Assembly (NCBI RefSeq): GCF_000009045.1 | Contig: NC_000964.3 | Location: 660,001 to 692,000 of the forward strand | DNA length: 32,000 nucleotides | Source: Bacillus subtilis subsp. subtilis str. 168 | GTDB lineage: Bacteria; Bacillota; Bacilli; Bacillales; Bacillaceae | Reading direction: 5' to 3' | Part shown: positions 16,442 through 25,154 of the stretch, piece by piece | Layout of the letters: every line of letters begins with the position of its first letter | How positions within the stretch are numbered: the first letter of the stretch is position 1 | Translations under genes and position numbers: made by a program | The notes under the pieces: generated by a model | Database searches by the model: none | What the model was told of the DNA's origin: nothing | Seen by the model: only the letters and a program-made list of their open reading frames with translations

Positions 16442-17863
16442 ATGAATAAACAAGGAAATCAAATGTCATTTTTACGTACAATTATTTTAGTCTCCACTTT
16501 CGGCGGGCTTCTTTTTGGCTATGATACCGGTGTGCTCAATGGAGCTTTGCCGTATATGGGAGAGCCGGATCAGCTTAATCTCAATGCCTTCACAGAAGGC
16601 CTTGTCACCAGTTCACTTCTTTTTGGAGCGGCACTGGGTGCTGTGTTTGGCGGCAGGATGTCTGATTTTAACGGCCGCCGCAAAAATATTTTGTTCCTCG
16701 CTGTTATATTTTTTATTTCAACGATTGGGTGTACGTTTGCACCAAATGTTACGGTCATGATTATTTCCCGTTTTGTGCTCGGTATTGCGGTTGGGGGTGC
16801 ATCCGTAACGGTGCCTGCCTATTTAGCAGAGATGTCTCCTGTGGAAAGCAGGGGACGGATGGTGACGCAGAACGAATTGATGATTGTATCAGGACAGCTT
16901 TTGGCCTTTGTTTTTAATGCGATCCTTGGAACAACAATGGGAGACAACTCCCATGTGTGGAGGTTTATGCTGGTCATTGCGTCACTTCCAGCCTTGTTCC
17001 TGTTTTTCGGCATGATCAGAATGCCCGAGAGTCCCCGTTGGCTTGTTTCTAAAGGAAGAAAAGAAGATGCTTTGCGTGTATTGAAAAAAATCAGGGACGA
17101 AAAACGGGCAGCAGCTGAGCTGCAAGAAATTGAATTCGCTTTCAAAAAAGAAGACCAGCTTGAAAAAGCGACATTTAAAGATCTTTCAGTCCCATGGGTG
17201 CGCCGTATTGTGTTTATTGGATTAGGGATTGCGATTGTACAGCAAATTACAGGTGTGAATTCGATTATGTATTATGGGACTGAAATTCTAAGAAATTCCG
17301 GTTTCCAAACGGAAGCCGCTTTAATCGGAAATATTGCGAATGGCGTGATTTCGGTATTGGCAACATTCGTCGGAATCTGGCTGCTGGGAAGAGTGGGGCG
17401 CCGGCCGATGCTGATGACAGGCTTGATCGGTACGACAACAGCATTATTGCTAATCGGGATATTCTCACTTGTACTTGAAGGATCACCGGCACTTCCGTAT
17501 GTAGTCCTGTCATTAACGGTCACATTTCTTGCTTTTCAGCAGGGCGCCATTTCACCAGTGACTTGGCTGATGCTATCTGAAATTTTCCCGCTTCGCCTTC
17601 GCGGACTGGGAATGGGTGTTACGGTATTCTGTCTGTGGATGGTGAATTTTGCAGTCAGTTTCACGTTTCCGATATTGCTGGCAGCTATCGGGCTGTCCAC
17701 AACGTTCTTTATCTTCGTTGGATTAGGAATTTGCTCTGTCTTGTTTGTGAAGAGGTTTTTGCCGGAAACGAAAGGGCTTTCGCTTGAGCAGCTGGAGGAA
17801 AACTTCCGCGCTTATGATCACAGCGGGGCAAAGAAGGATTCTGGGGCTGAAGTGATTGGATAA
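16442..17863 (+). CDS. iolT: Major myo-inositol transporter, MFS sugar-porter family
   Basis: The ATG at 16442 follows GGGGGAAA. Length is 473 aa. Sugar-porter motifs include GRRK, PESPRWL and PETKG. The tracked TTG at 16418 has no RBS. Confidence 0.9.
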   Translation: MNKQGNQMSFLRTIILVSTFGGLLFGYDTGVLNGALPYMGEPDQLNLNAFTEGLVTSSLLFGAALGAVFGGRMSDFNGRRKNILFLAVIFFISTIGCTFAPNVTVMIISRFVLGIAVGGASVTVPAYLAEMSPVESRGRMVTQNELMIVSGQLLAFVFNAILGTTMGDNSHVWRFMLVIASLPALFLFFGMIRMPESPRWLVSKGRKEDALRVLKKIRDEKRAAAELQEIEFAFKKEDQLEKATFKDLSVPWVRRIVFIGLGIAIVQQITGVNSIMYYGTEILRNSGFQTEAALIGNIANGVISVLATFVGIWLLGRVGRRPMLMTGLIGTTTALLLIGIFSLVLEGSPALPYVVLSLTVTFLAFQQGAISPVTWLMLSEIFPLRLRGLGMGVTVFCLWMVNFAVSFTFPILLAAIGLSTTFFIFVGLGICSVLFVKRFLPETKGLSLEQLEENFRAYDHSGAKKDSGAEVIG

Positions 17864-17866
17864 TTT

Positions 17867-17901
17867 AAAAAAGAATCCGCACCCGAGTGCGGATTCTTTT
17901 T
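17867..17901. terminator. Bidirectional terminator between convergent iolT and bdhA
   Basis: AAAAAA, then GAATCCGCAC (17873-17882), loop CCGA, then GTGCGGATTC (17887-17896), then TTTTT. Confidence 0.85.
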
Positions 17902-17910
17902 GGTTTCAAA

Positions 17911-18951
17911 TTAGTTAGGTCTAACAAGGATTTTGACTTGGCTTTTCTCTTTAATAAGAGCCCCGAAGCCTTCCTCGATCAAATCATCTAGTACGATTTT
18001 TTTCGTTACGAGTTTGTCGGCTGAGAAATAGCCTTCTTTCATTAATGACAATACAGCCGGGAAGATGTCGCGGTATCCGATAATTCCTTTTACTGTACGT
18101 TCTTTGATTACGATATCGTTCGGATGGATTTCAGCACCTTTTTCCCAAATGCTGACGATGACGGTTTCACCGGCAATTGTAGTGGACTGGATGGCTTGTC
18201 GTAACACCACTGGGACACCAGTGACTTCGAATGCTACGTCAACACCGCCTCCTGTACGTTCTGCAATCTCAGCGACTACATCGTCTGTTTTAGACGGATC
18301 AACGATGATCGCGCCAAGCTCCTCAGCTTTTTGCTGGCGTTCAGGAGAAAGCTCAACAGCGTAAATATCAGTTGCACCGGCAGCCTTCAGCGCTTCAATG
18401 ACAAGAAGTCCGATCGGGCCGCAGCCGAATACAGCCGCTTTGTCGCCTGCTTTGAGTTTGCTTGAGCGGACAGCGTATAGAGCAACTGCAGAAGGTTCAA
18501 CGAGCGCGCCTTGTTCATATGATAATTCATCAGGAAGTTTGAACAAAAGCTCTTCATCCACAGAGACGTATTCAGAGAAACCGCCGCCTCCGCCGGCTAA
18601 GCCGAGGAATCCCATTTGTTCATCAAGGTTGTAGGCGCCTTGGTGGCCGTGTGTAGCAAAAATCGGCTCGACTACAACGCGGTCTCCAACTTTATAATTT
18701 TCAACGCCTTCTCCGACTTCGACAACTTCACCGGAGAATTCATGCCCCATTGTGACAGGTGCCGTTTCATTTGTTAATGGGTGCGGTTTGTCAACCGGAA
18801 TAAAGATCGGGCCGCCCAGATATTCGTGTAAATCACTTCCGCAGATGCCGCACCATTTGACTTTGATCTTTACTTTTCCCGGCTCCGTTTTTGGCTCTTC
18901 GATATGTTCAATACGGATATCCTTTTGGTTATGCCATCTTGCTGCCTTCAT
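17911..18951 (-). CDS. bdhA: (R,R)-2,3-butanediol dehydrogenase / acetoin reductase, zinc MDR family
   Basis: Length is 346 aa. Motifs include CGICGSDLH and GHEFSG, plus the Rossmann segment GCGPIG. RBS is AGGAGTGG. Confidence 0.9.
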   Translation of the reverse strand: MKAARWHNQKDIRIEHIEEPKTEPGKVKIKVKWCGICGSDLHEYLGGPIFIPVDKPHPLTNETAPVTMGHEFSGEVVEVGEGVENYKVGDRVVVEPIFATHGHQGAYNLDEQMGFLGLAGGGGGFSEYVSVDEELLFKLPDELSYEQGALVEPSAVALYAVRSSKLKAGDKAAVFGCGPIGLLVIEALKAAGATDIYAVELSPERQQKAEELGAIIVDPSKTDDVVAEIAERTGGGVDVAFEVTGVPVVLRQAIQSTTIAGETVIVSIWEKGAEIHPNDIVIKERTVKGIIGYRDIFPAVLSLMKEGYFSADKLVTKKIVLDDLIEEGFGALIKEKSQVKILVRPN

Positions 18952-19302
18952 GGATTACCACTCCTATAACTTTTGATGTGAGTAATTCCGCACCGGTCAA
19001 TATGAACTGTTCACAAAATCGCCATTTTTAAAACCAAAAAAGAAATGAAATTTTTATATAATATAATCTACGTTTTTTTGAAAAAAAGAAACTTTAAAGA
19101 AAAAAGGGTCTCGCACACTCTTTTTTCTTTATATGAGAGTATCAATCGTTTACATAGCTATGAATTTGGTTTGAACAATACGGTAATGGTTCGTTCATAT
19201 TGAATGCGACAACTACTCTATCAATAATTATAACTCTAATACTGCTATTATAATAGGATAATCTTCCATGGTTTATTTTAGCAGAGGTAACTTTTTTGAC
19301 TT

Positions 19303-19319
19303 TGTAACATTACTGTAAG
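19303..19319 (+). promoter_or_regulatory. WalR-type direct repeat TGTAAC-N5-TGTAAG upstream of ydjM
   Basis: It matches TGTWAH-N5-TGTWAH except for the last base. It lies about 33 nt upstream of an extended -10, TGTATAAT, at 19351-19358. Confidence 0.5.
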
Positions 19320-19389
19320 GATATTGAAATAAAAAATAGCTGGTTGATCGTGTATAATCTTCCTAGATGTTAACAAACAGGGGGACGAA

Positions 19390-19761
19390 ATGTTGAAGAA
19401 AGTCATTTTAGCCGCTTTTATCTTAGTAGGAAGTACTTTGGGAGCTTTTAGTTTTTCATCAGATGCCAGTGCGAAACATGTGAACGGAAATATTACTTGG
19501 TATAATGGAGTCGGGAAAAAAGGCTCTTCAGGTAAGAAACTTGGACATTGGGATTGTGCGACCAAAATCGGATTTGATGTTCCTAGAAACGGGACAAAAA
19601 TCAGAGCTTATGCAAAAGCGAAGCCTAAAAAGGTGATTACGGTTTATAAAAATGATGTTGGCAGAATGCCTAATGCAGTGCTGGATGTTAGCCCTAAAGC
19701 GTTTAAAGCGCTTGGATACCCATTAAGCAAAGGTAAAGTAGCGGGGCATTACAGCTATTAA
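19390..19761 (+). CDS. ydjM: Secreted small cell-wall-associated protein, RlpA/DPBB-like
   Basis: RBS is AGGGGGA. The signal peptide is MLKKVILAAFILVGSTLGAFSFSSDASA. Length is 123 aa. Confidence 0.8.
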   Translation: MLKKVILAAFILVGSTLGAFSFSSDASAKHVNGNITWYNGVGKKGSSGKKLGHWDCATKIGFDVPRNGTKIRAYAKAKPKKVITVYKNDVGRMPNAVLDVSPKAFKALGYPLSKGKVAGHYSY

Positions 19762-19826
19762 TGTACATATATAATCTGGAAAGCAAGAAGTCACATTCTT
19801 GCTTTTTCTATTGGTGGAGATAAAAG

Positions 19827-20873
19827 ATGAAAAAAAGAATCATATTATTATTAGCAGTGATAATAGCGGCAGCTGCCGCGGGGGTTGCGTTTTATGTTGC
19901 AAAGGATAAAGGCCATGAGAAGGCTGCTGATGTTTCAGTCAATACCGAAAGCGGTGATGAGCTGCTGGTTTCAATTACAGATACGGATCTGCTGACAAAG
20001 TATTATGAAAATGACAAGGTGATCCATGAGGAGAAGCTGACCAGCTATCCGGCATTTGCCTTGGATCAAAAACAGCAGGTGCTCTATTATACGGGCAATA
20101 ATGAACAGAATGAAATGAGGCTTTTTAAATTGGATCTGAAGTCTCATAAAAAAACGATGCTTTATAAAGGCGCGGAGAGTGCGGACAGTTTATTTTTATC
20201 AAAGGACCGTTCAACCATCTATTTCCGCTTAGGAAAAGCGGACGAAAGCAATTTTCGAATCGCCGCTTTTGATCTGAAGACGAAAAAGTATAAAAATCTT
20301 TATCCTGCCGCTAATGATCAGGATGACACCGTCAGCAGCTTCTTTTATAACCAAAAAAACGATTCATTTGCATTGCTTCATTATTCTGTAGAAGAAGACT
20401 ACAAGAAAACAGATGAAGCAAACGAAAAGGGCATCGACCCTGAACCGACAACGATTCATTTTGCGGAAGGCCGCCAAAATAAATTTAATGAGCTGAAAAG
20501 CCTGAACCAATTTATCAGCGATATTGCTGTTTCTGATGATGATAAACGTATTTTATTCACATCATATACGCAAAAAGGAACGGAGCAAACCGCTTCTATT
20601 CAAATGCTCAATGCGGATACGAAAAAATATGAAAGCATCATCTCAAATCAAAAATCATTTAAGCTGTTAATTGACGCACAGCCTCAGTTTTCTAAGGATG
20701 GGAAGAACATTTATTTTCTTGCCGAAGCCAAGGGGGCTAAAAAGCTGAAGGACGAAACAGGGCGTGAAGCTAAGGTGCGGACGATTTATTCCTATAGCCT
20801 TGAGAATAAGACCTTCAAAAAAGTATGGGAAAATCCGAACGGCATCATCAACAGCTTTTTTGTGATTAACTAA
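19827..20873 (+). CDS. ydjN: Membrane-anchored extracytoplasmic protein of unknown function with a repetitive beta-rich body
   Basis: RBS is GGTGGAGA. The N-terminal anchor is KKRIILLLAVIIAAAAAGVAFYV. Length is 348 aa. Confidence 0.8.
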   Translation: MKKRIILLLAVIIAAAAAGVAFYVAKDKGHEKAADVSVNTESGDELLVSITDTDLLTKYYENDKVIHEEKLTSYPAFALDQKQQVLYYTGNNEQNEMRLFKLDLKSHKKTMLYKGAESADSLFLSKDRSTIYFRLGKADESNFRIAAFDLKTKKYKNLYPAANDQDDTVSSFFYNQKNDSFALLHYSVEEDYKKTDEANEKGIDPEPTTIHFAEGRQNKFNELKSLNQFISDIAVSDDDKRILFTSYTQKGTEQTASIQMLNADTKKYESIISNQKSFKLLIDAQPQFSKDGKNIYFLAEAKGAKKLKDETGREAKVRTIYSYSLENKTFKKVWENPNGIINSFFVIN

Positions 20874-20874
20874 T

Positions 20875-20910
20875 AAAAACCACTCGGCATGAGCTGAGTG
20901 GCTTTTTTAA
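20875..20910. terminator. Bidirectional terminator for ydjN (+) and the 52-aa ORF (-)
   Basis: A 9-bp stem pairs CCACTCGGC (20880-20888) with GCTGAGTGG (20893-20901). It is flanked by AAAAA on one side and TTTTTT on the other. Confidence 0.8.
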
Positions 20911-21065
20911 TGGATGAGGTGCAGGGCTAATGATCCGAGCCATTTAAAGATATGAATCAGAGGTACCGACAAAAACAGAAGTTCAACATATGAGTTCATT
21001 GCAACATTCAGCTTTTTGAACGCAGCTCTTTTTTTCAAGTCTTTTTGCTGCTGGTTTGAGATCAC
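20907..21065 (-). CDS. Untracked 52-aa small membrane protein (MISNQQQKDLKKRAAFKKLNVAMNSYVELLFLSVPLIHIFKWLGSLALHLIH)
   Basis: I translated it by hand: GTG at 21065-21063 and TAA at 20909-20907. GAGGAG (21078-21073) lies 7 nt upstream. An extended -10, TGGTATAAT, is on the minus strand at 21097-21089. A terminator follows directly after the stop. The protein has a basic N-terminus and one hydrophobic helix. Confidence 0.6.
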   Translation of the reverse strand: MISNQQQKDLKKRAAFKKLNVAMNSYVELLFLSVPLIHIFKWLGSLALHLIH

Positions 21066-21100
21066 GTTATCACTCCTCTTATATCCATATTATACCATTA

Positions 21101-21140
21101 AAACAGACAAAAAAGCCCTAAACGTTTACAGTTTTGGGCT
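21101..21140 (-). terminator. Intrinsic terminator downstream of ydjO
   Basis: The minus strand reads AGCCCAAAAC-TGTAAAC-GTTTTAGGGCT-like, giving 9 bp plus one mismatch. TTTTTTGTCTGTTTT follows. Confidence 0.6.
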
Positions 21141-21254
21141 TCTTTCTTCGTATTTGGCCTCTTGCAATGAGAGGCTTTTATTCTGAAATATAGAATTTTG
21201 TCTCCGTTCGGGGTTTGTTTGCTTGCGGGAGACTGCATTTGTTATAGGGAAGAA

Positions 21255-21464
21255 CTAGCTTGTTTTCGTTTGGCTGTTGTTTTGGAGATTCACTAATGAA
21301 CGGATGCCGTCGACCATTTTACTTCCGCACAAAGGGCACAATGGCGTATCACTGCTGGCGAAGTTTTTTCGGGTCCAGCCATTACAGTCTTCTTTTGTGC
21401 ATTCCCAAGTACTCACATCTTCCTTTGGCAGCGGTTCTTGATTTCGTTTGTTATAGTAAGACAT
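21255..21464 (-). CDS. ydjO: Small zinc-ribbon protein (cold-inducible YdjO family)
   Basis: The ATG at 21464 gives 69 aa (MSYYNKRNQEPLPKEDV...). Cysteine pairs are CTKEDC and CPLCG. GAGGGAAG lies upstream. The tracked start at 21500 adds 12 residues and has no RBS. Confidence 0.75.
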   Translation of the reverse strand: MSYYNKRNQEPLPKEDVSTWECTKEDCNGWTRKNFASSDTPLCPLCGSKMVDGIRSLVNLQNNSQTKTS

Positions 21465-21546
21465 AAAGTCACTTCTTCCCTCATGTATTTTACTGCACAT
21501 TTCCTATTGTCTCATACTTTTCCCTAATCTCCTAATTCCTTTTTCT

Positions 21547-22362
21547 TTATGACTTTCCAATAACCCCATCTAAAAAGGAGAGGAGTGTGCTGTTAAAAGC
21601 ATCTGGCTCTTCTAAAAACGGGCAATGGCTGCTTTTAGGAAAGGTAACGAGTGTCGCGTTTGGAATATTGCTGCGCAAGTGTTCCCCAGCTGCTGTAGAG
21701 AAAAATTTCTTGTCTTCCCCGAAGCACAGCAATGCCGGCACATTGATGTTTTGGAGGGTGCCCCGGTAATCAGCGGCCGTTTGGTTAAATAAAATCGTGC
21801 TAGAAATGGCAGCCGGCTGTTTGAGGATTTCTGCCAGCATCCATTCTGTTTCGGTCTCGGCAGGCGGTTCTGCGAACATATTCTGGATGAAGCTTTCGTA
21901 GAAAGGCAGCGGGTCAGTTTGAATGGCGTGCATCGCTGTTTTTAAGCCGTCAAAATCAAATGGACCATGTTCCCAGCCCTCCCATTGATAGTCCGAAGCG
22001 GATTGATCGATGATCACAGCGGCTTGAATGTTATCATTCCCAAACTGATTGAGATAATCCCATACGACAAAAGCACCCATTGACCAGCCGGCAAGAACGA
22101 CATGATCAAGCTCCATTGCATTTAGAAATTCCCTTATGTCACGGGCATATTGGGAAATGGTGTGGCCGTGAAGCACTTTGTCAGATTCGCCGTGTCCTCT
22201 AAGATCAAGACGAATACATTGATAATTGGCAGAAAGCACCGAAAATTGTTTGTGGAAAAATTGTCCGCTCATCAGCACCCCATGTATAAACAGGATCGGC
22301 GTCCCGCTCCCGTGTGTTTCATAGTAAAGGCGTGTCTGATCTTCTAATATGATGTATGGCAT
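21547..22362 (-). CDS. ydjP: Alpha/beta-fold hydrolase, non-haem haloperoxidase / esterase-like
   Basis: Length is 271 aa. The oxyanion-hole motif is HG (IHGVLMSG) and the nucleophile elbow is GWSMGA. There is a C-terminal His (SSHCP). The strong RBS AAAGGAGGAGAAA sits in the 12-nt gap after yeaA. Confidence 0.85.
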
Positions 22363-22374
22363 GTTTCTCCTCCT

Positions 22375-23364
22375 TTAGTTTCCATCATGAGTATGGCTGG
22401 CTGCTGTTGAGCTGATGATGGCAGCTGTCGCGGCTGCCTGCTGCGCTTGAATGACTGTTTCGATAGCGGTGTATAGTCCTGATTCCATCAGCAGATTTTT
22501 CTCCATATGCTCACTGAGATAGAGGCTGACAGCAATTTTAAAGTTCATTTCCTTTTGCCATTTAAAAGCTTTTTCCTGGTTTAATTCGTCAGTGATGCAC
22601 AAAACGGTTTTGATATCTGGCTCTTCCAGAAATGTGAGGAGAGCAAGGTCTGGATAATGATAATCCTTTGTTTTTTTGACAGATTCAGTGATCGATTGAT
22701 ATATCTGTTTGCAAGCGGAAACAAGCATTTCGGGCTCTTTTTCACTTTGCAAGGCCAGAATATGGCTGACCTGATGTAAGTACTGTCCTTTTTTAAAGCC
22801 GTTGGCTGCCAGCAGTTGATAGCATGTTTCCGCCTTCTGTAGCGCCTGCAAACCTTTTCCGTTTTCTCCAAGCAGTACGGCAAGCGGAACATTCTGAGTT
22901 GAAGTGAGGAAATAATGATTTTTCTTCATCTGCTGATAAACAGCTAGCCCCATGTTCATCTGTTCTTTTTGGTTTGTCGTTTCAGATTTGCCGGTGAGCA
23001 AGATCAGAGCGGAAAGGTATGTGAACATATCCCGCTTATACCCTAGCTTCACCATTTCATTGTATACATCGATGAAAGTCTGAAATGTTTGTTTTGCCTC
23101 ATGCTGAAAATGAATGTCCAGAATAGATGCAACAGTAAAGCGGTGGTGTGAATTGAGTGTTGAGAAGCTGCCGATGTTTGATTTGATATAGCTGCTCAAA
23201 TCATAAAAGCGCTGAAAATCAAACTCTCTTTTATTCACAATATATGCAGAAGAAATGAGCATTAATATCTGATCGTGTGAAACTTTCCATTTTAATTTTG
23301 TTTTTAATTCAGCATAAATGGAAATGTAATGCTTTGTTTTTTCATGTAGATCGTGTGTGAGCAT
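22375..23364 (-). CDS. yeaA: Uncharacterised, predominantly helical protein
   Basis: Length is 329 aa. RBS is AAAGGAGC. It appears co-transcribed with ydjP. I could not see a recognisable catalytic motif. Confidence 0.75.
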   Translation of the reverse strand: MLTHDLHEKTKHYISIYAELKTKLKWKVSHDQILMLISSAYIVNKREFDFQRFYDLSSYIKSNIGSFSTLNSHHRFTVASILDIHFQHEAKQTFQTFIDVYNEMVKLGYKRDMFTYLSALILLTGKSETTNQKEQMNMGLAVYQQMKKNHYFLTSTQNVPLAVLLGENGKGLQALQKAETCYQLLAANGFKKGQYLHQVSHILALQSEKEPEMLVSACKQIYQSITESVKKTKDYHYPDLALLTFLEEPDIKTVLCITDELNQEKAFKWQKEMNFKIAVSLYLSEHMEKNLLMESGLYTAIETVIQAQQAAATAAIISSTAASHTHDGN

Positions 23365-23424
23365 AAAAAGCAGCTCCTTTTGTTGTTTTTACGTAATACG
23401 ATAAATAGGGCCAAAGGTTTCATA

Positions 23425-23453
23425 AAGAAAAAACTTGCCTGCTAGAGGCAAGT
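23425..23453 (-). terminator. cotA terminator
   Basis: ACTTGCCT (23433-23440) pairs with AGGCAAGT (23446-23453). On the minus strand TTTTTTCTTT follows. Confidence 0.75.
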
Positions 23454-23461
23454 TTGTCGGG

Positions 23462-25003
23462 TTATTTATGGGGATCAGTTATATCCATCGGTCTCATCAT
23501 GTCATAGTCTTCATGCTCTAGAATATGGCAATGCCATACGTATCGTCCGCTGTACGGACCGAATGTCGCCGCGATTCTCAGGACTTCACCTGCATGCGCT
23601 TGAATGGTGTCTTTCCAGCCCTTTTCACTTGGCGGCGGCGGGACAGCCGGACCGGTATAGGACAATTCCCCGCTTTCTTGATAACGGGCGATATCAAACG
23701 GCCGCCGGTCTAATACACGGAAGGAGACTAGATGCAGGTGGATCGGATGTGTTCCGCGTGTCGGGTTGATAATGGACCATATTTCAGTTGTGCCGACTTT
23801 TGGTGTTTCTGTGACGGGATCGTGCCAGCGTTTGTTATTAAGCAGAAGGACGGGTCTGCCGTATTCGTCCTGGGTGCCTGCCAGTTTTAACGTTCTGATG
23901 TTTTGTATTCTTTCATGCTGTACCGAAGGGTATGAGGCGAGGTACTTCGGCTTTCTGCTTTCGTCTTTTTGTGCCAATGGTTTTGTGACTCTGAATTGCA
24001 TGATATTCGCATCTGTTTCAGGATTGACGTCACCGCCGCAGCCCGCGCTGTTTGCCAAAATGATCGATTCTCCTTCATATGCTGTGAAGTCAATGATGAT
24101 ATCGTAACGTTCAGCAGGCGCAAGGCTGAAAGAATTCAGTTTAACAGATCGCGGCAGGAGCCCTCCATCTGAACCAATCTGAATAAAATCTCCGCCATTA
24201 TCGAGTGACAGGTTATAGGTTCTTGTATTGGAGGCGTTGATGACACGGAATCGGTATTTCCTTGGCTCGACTTCCAAGTATGGCCATACCTTCCCGTTGA
24301 CGAGTATGGTTTCTCCGCAAAAAGCCGGAACGATTGAAGGATTAGGCAGTGACGGAGAAGGGTTTTCCGGTGCGCTCGGATAAAACAAAGAACCATCCTC
24401 ATTGATCGTGCGGTCTGTGATAAGAAGCGGCACATCGTATTCGTCTGAAGGCAGTTTTAAGCGTTTTTCCTTTGGGTCATGAATGATATATGCACCGACA
24501 AGTCCGGCATAGACATTTAGCCTGGTGAGCGCCATGGCGTGATCGTGATACCACAATATAGCCCCGCGCTGCTGGTTTGGATAATGATAAACCTCTCTTT
24601 TGAAATAAGGTCCTGTTTGTTCAAAGTCTTTGGAAAACCAAGCCTCCGGATACCCGTCACTATCATCTGGCGTGACGCCGCCGTGTAAATGAACAACAGT
24701 CTTTACCTCGGGCTCTTCATGCTGGCTGTCACTGTGATGAATGGTGTGATCAATCGGAAGGAAATGCGTGGAAGGAAGGTTATTCATCCATTTTACATAT
24801 ACGTTTTCATTTCTTTTAACCTCAATGGTCGGTCCCGGAAATAAGCCGTTGTAGCCCCACAGGCGGGTTGGAGGGAGATCGCGATGGAGCTGATGAGTGC
24901 ATTCCTCCATGGTGACTTCGTAGTATGTTTTTTCTTTTGATTGCTGTACTGGCTTTAGTGTATCTGGGATTGGGAGAGCATCCACAAATTTTTCAAGTGT
25001 CAT
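23462..25003 (-). CDS. cotA: Spore-coat multicopper oxidase (laccase / bilirubin oxidase)
   Basis: The second ATG, at 25003, gives 513 aa (MTLEKFVDALPIPD...) with AAGGA 9 nt upstream. Copper-site motifs include HLHG, WYHDH, HPIHLH and HCHILEHED. Confidence 0.92.
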   Translation of the reverse strand: MTLEKFVDALPIPDTLKPVQQSKEKTYYEVTMEECTHQLHRDLPPTRLWGYNGLFPGPTIEVKRNENVYVKWMNNLPSTHFLPIDHTIHHSDSQHEEPEVKTVVHLHGGVTPDDSDGYPEAWFSKDFEQTGPYFKREVYHYPNQQRGAILWYHDHAMALTRLNVYAGLVGAYIIHDPKEKRLKLPSDEYDVPLLITDRTINEDGSLFYPSAPENPSPSLPNPSIVPAFCGETILVNGKVWPYLEVEPRKYRFRVINASNTRTYNLSLDNGGDFIQIGSDGGLLPRSVKLNSFSLAPAERYDIIIDFTAYEGESIILANSAGCGGDVNPETDANIMQFRVTKPLAQKDESRKPKYLASYPSVQHERIQNIRTLKLAGTQDEYGRPVLLLNNKRWHDPVTETPKVGTTEIWSIINPTRGTHPIHLHLVSFRVLDRRPFDIARYQESGELSYTGPAVPPPPSEKGWKDTIQAHAGEVLRIAATFGPYSGRYVWHCHILEHEDYDMMRPMDITDPHK

Positions 25004-25042
25004 TTTCATCTGTCCTTATCTAAATTTTCCAAATTGGTACTA

Positions 25043-25051
25043 TAGTTAATG
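25043..25051 (-). promoter_or_regulatory. Possible SigK-type -10 element (CATTAACTA versus CATA-N3-TA) upstream of cotA
   Basis: This is a single near-match read on the minus strand. cotA is a late mother-cell gene. There is no independent support from the sequence. Confidence 0.25.
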
Positions 25052-25104
25052 ACAATAAGGACGTGATGGTTACAAAAAATCTTCGTGCTGCAGCCCGCCC
25101 GAAG

Positions 25105-25142
25105 AAGAAAATAACAAAATCCTAAACGGCAGGCCGTTTAGG
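25105..25142 (-). terminator. gabP terminator
   Basis: CCTAAACGG (25121-25129) pairs with CCGTTTAGG (25134-25142). On the minus strand ATTTTGTTATTTT follows. Confidence 0.75.
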
Positions 25143-25154
25143 ATTTGATCAGCA

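Noticed and set aside
19096-19130. 11-bp A/T inverted repeat AAAGAAAAAAG...CTTTTTTCTTT in the bdhA-ydjM intergenic region
   Set aside because: The stem is pure A:T and the 13-nt centre is not self-complementary. It is not a credible terminator and is probably just promoter-region A/T tracts.
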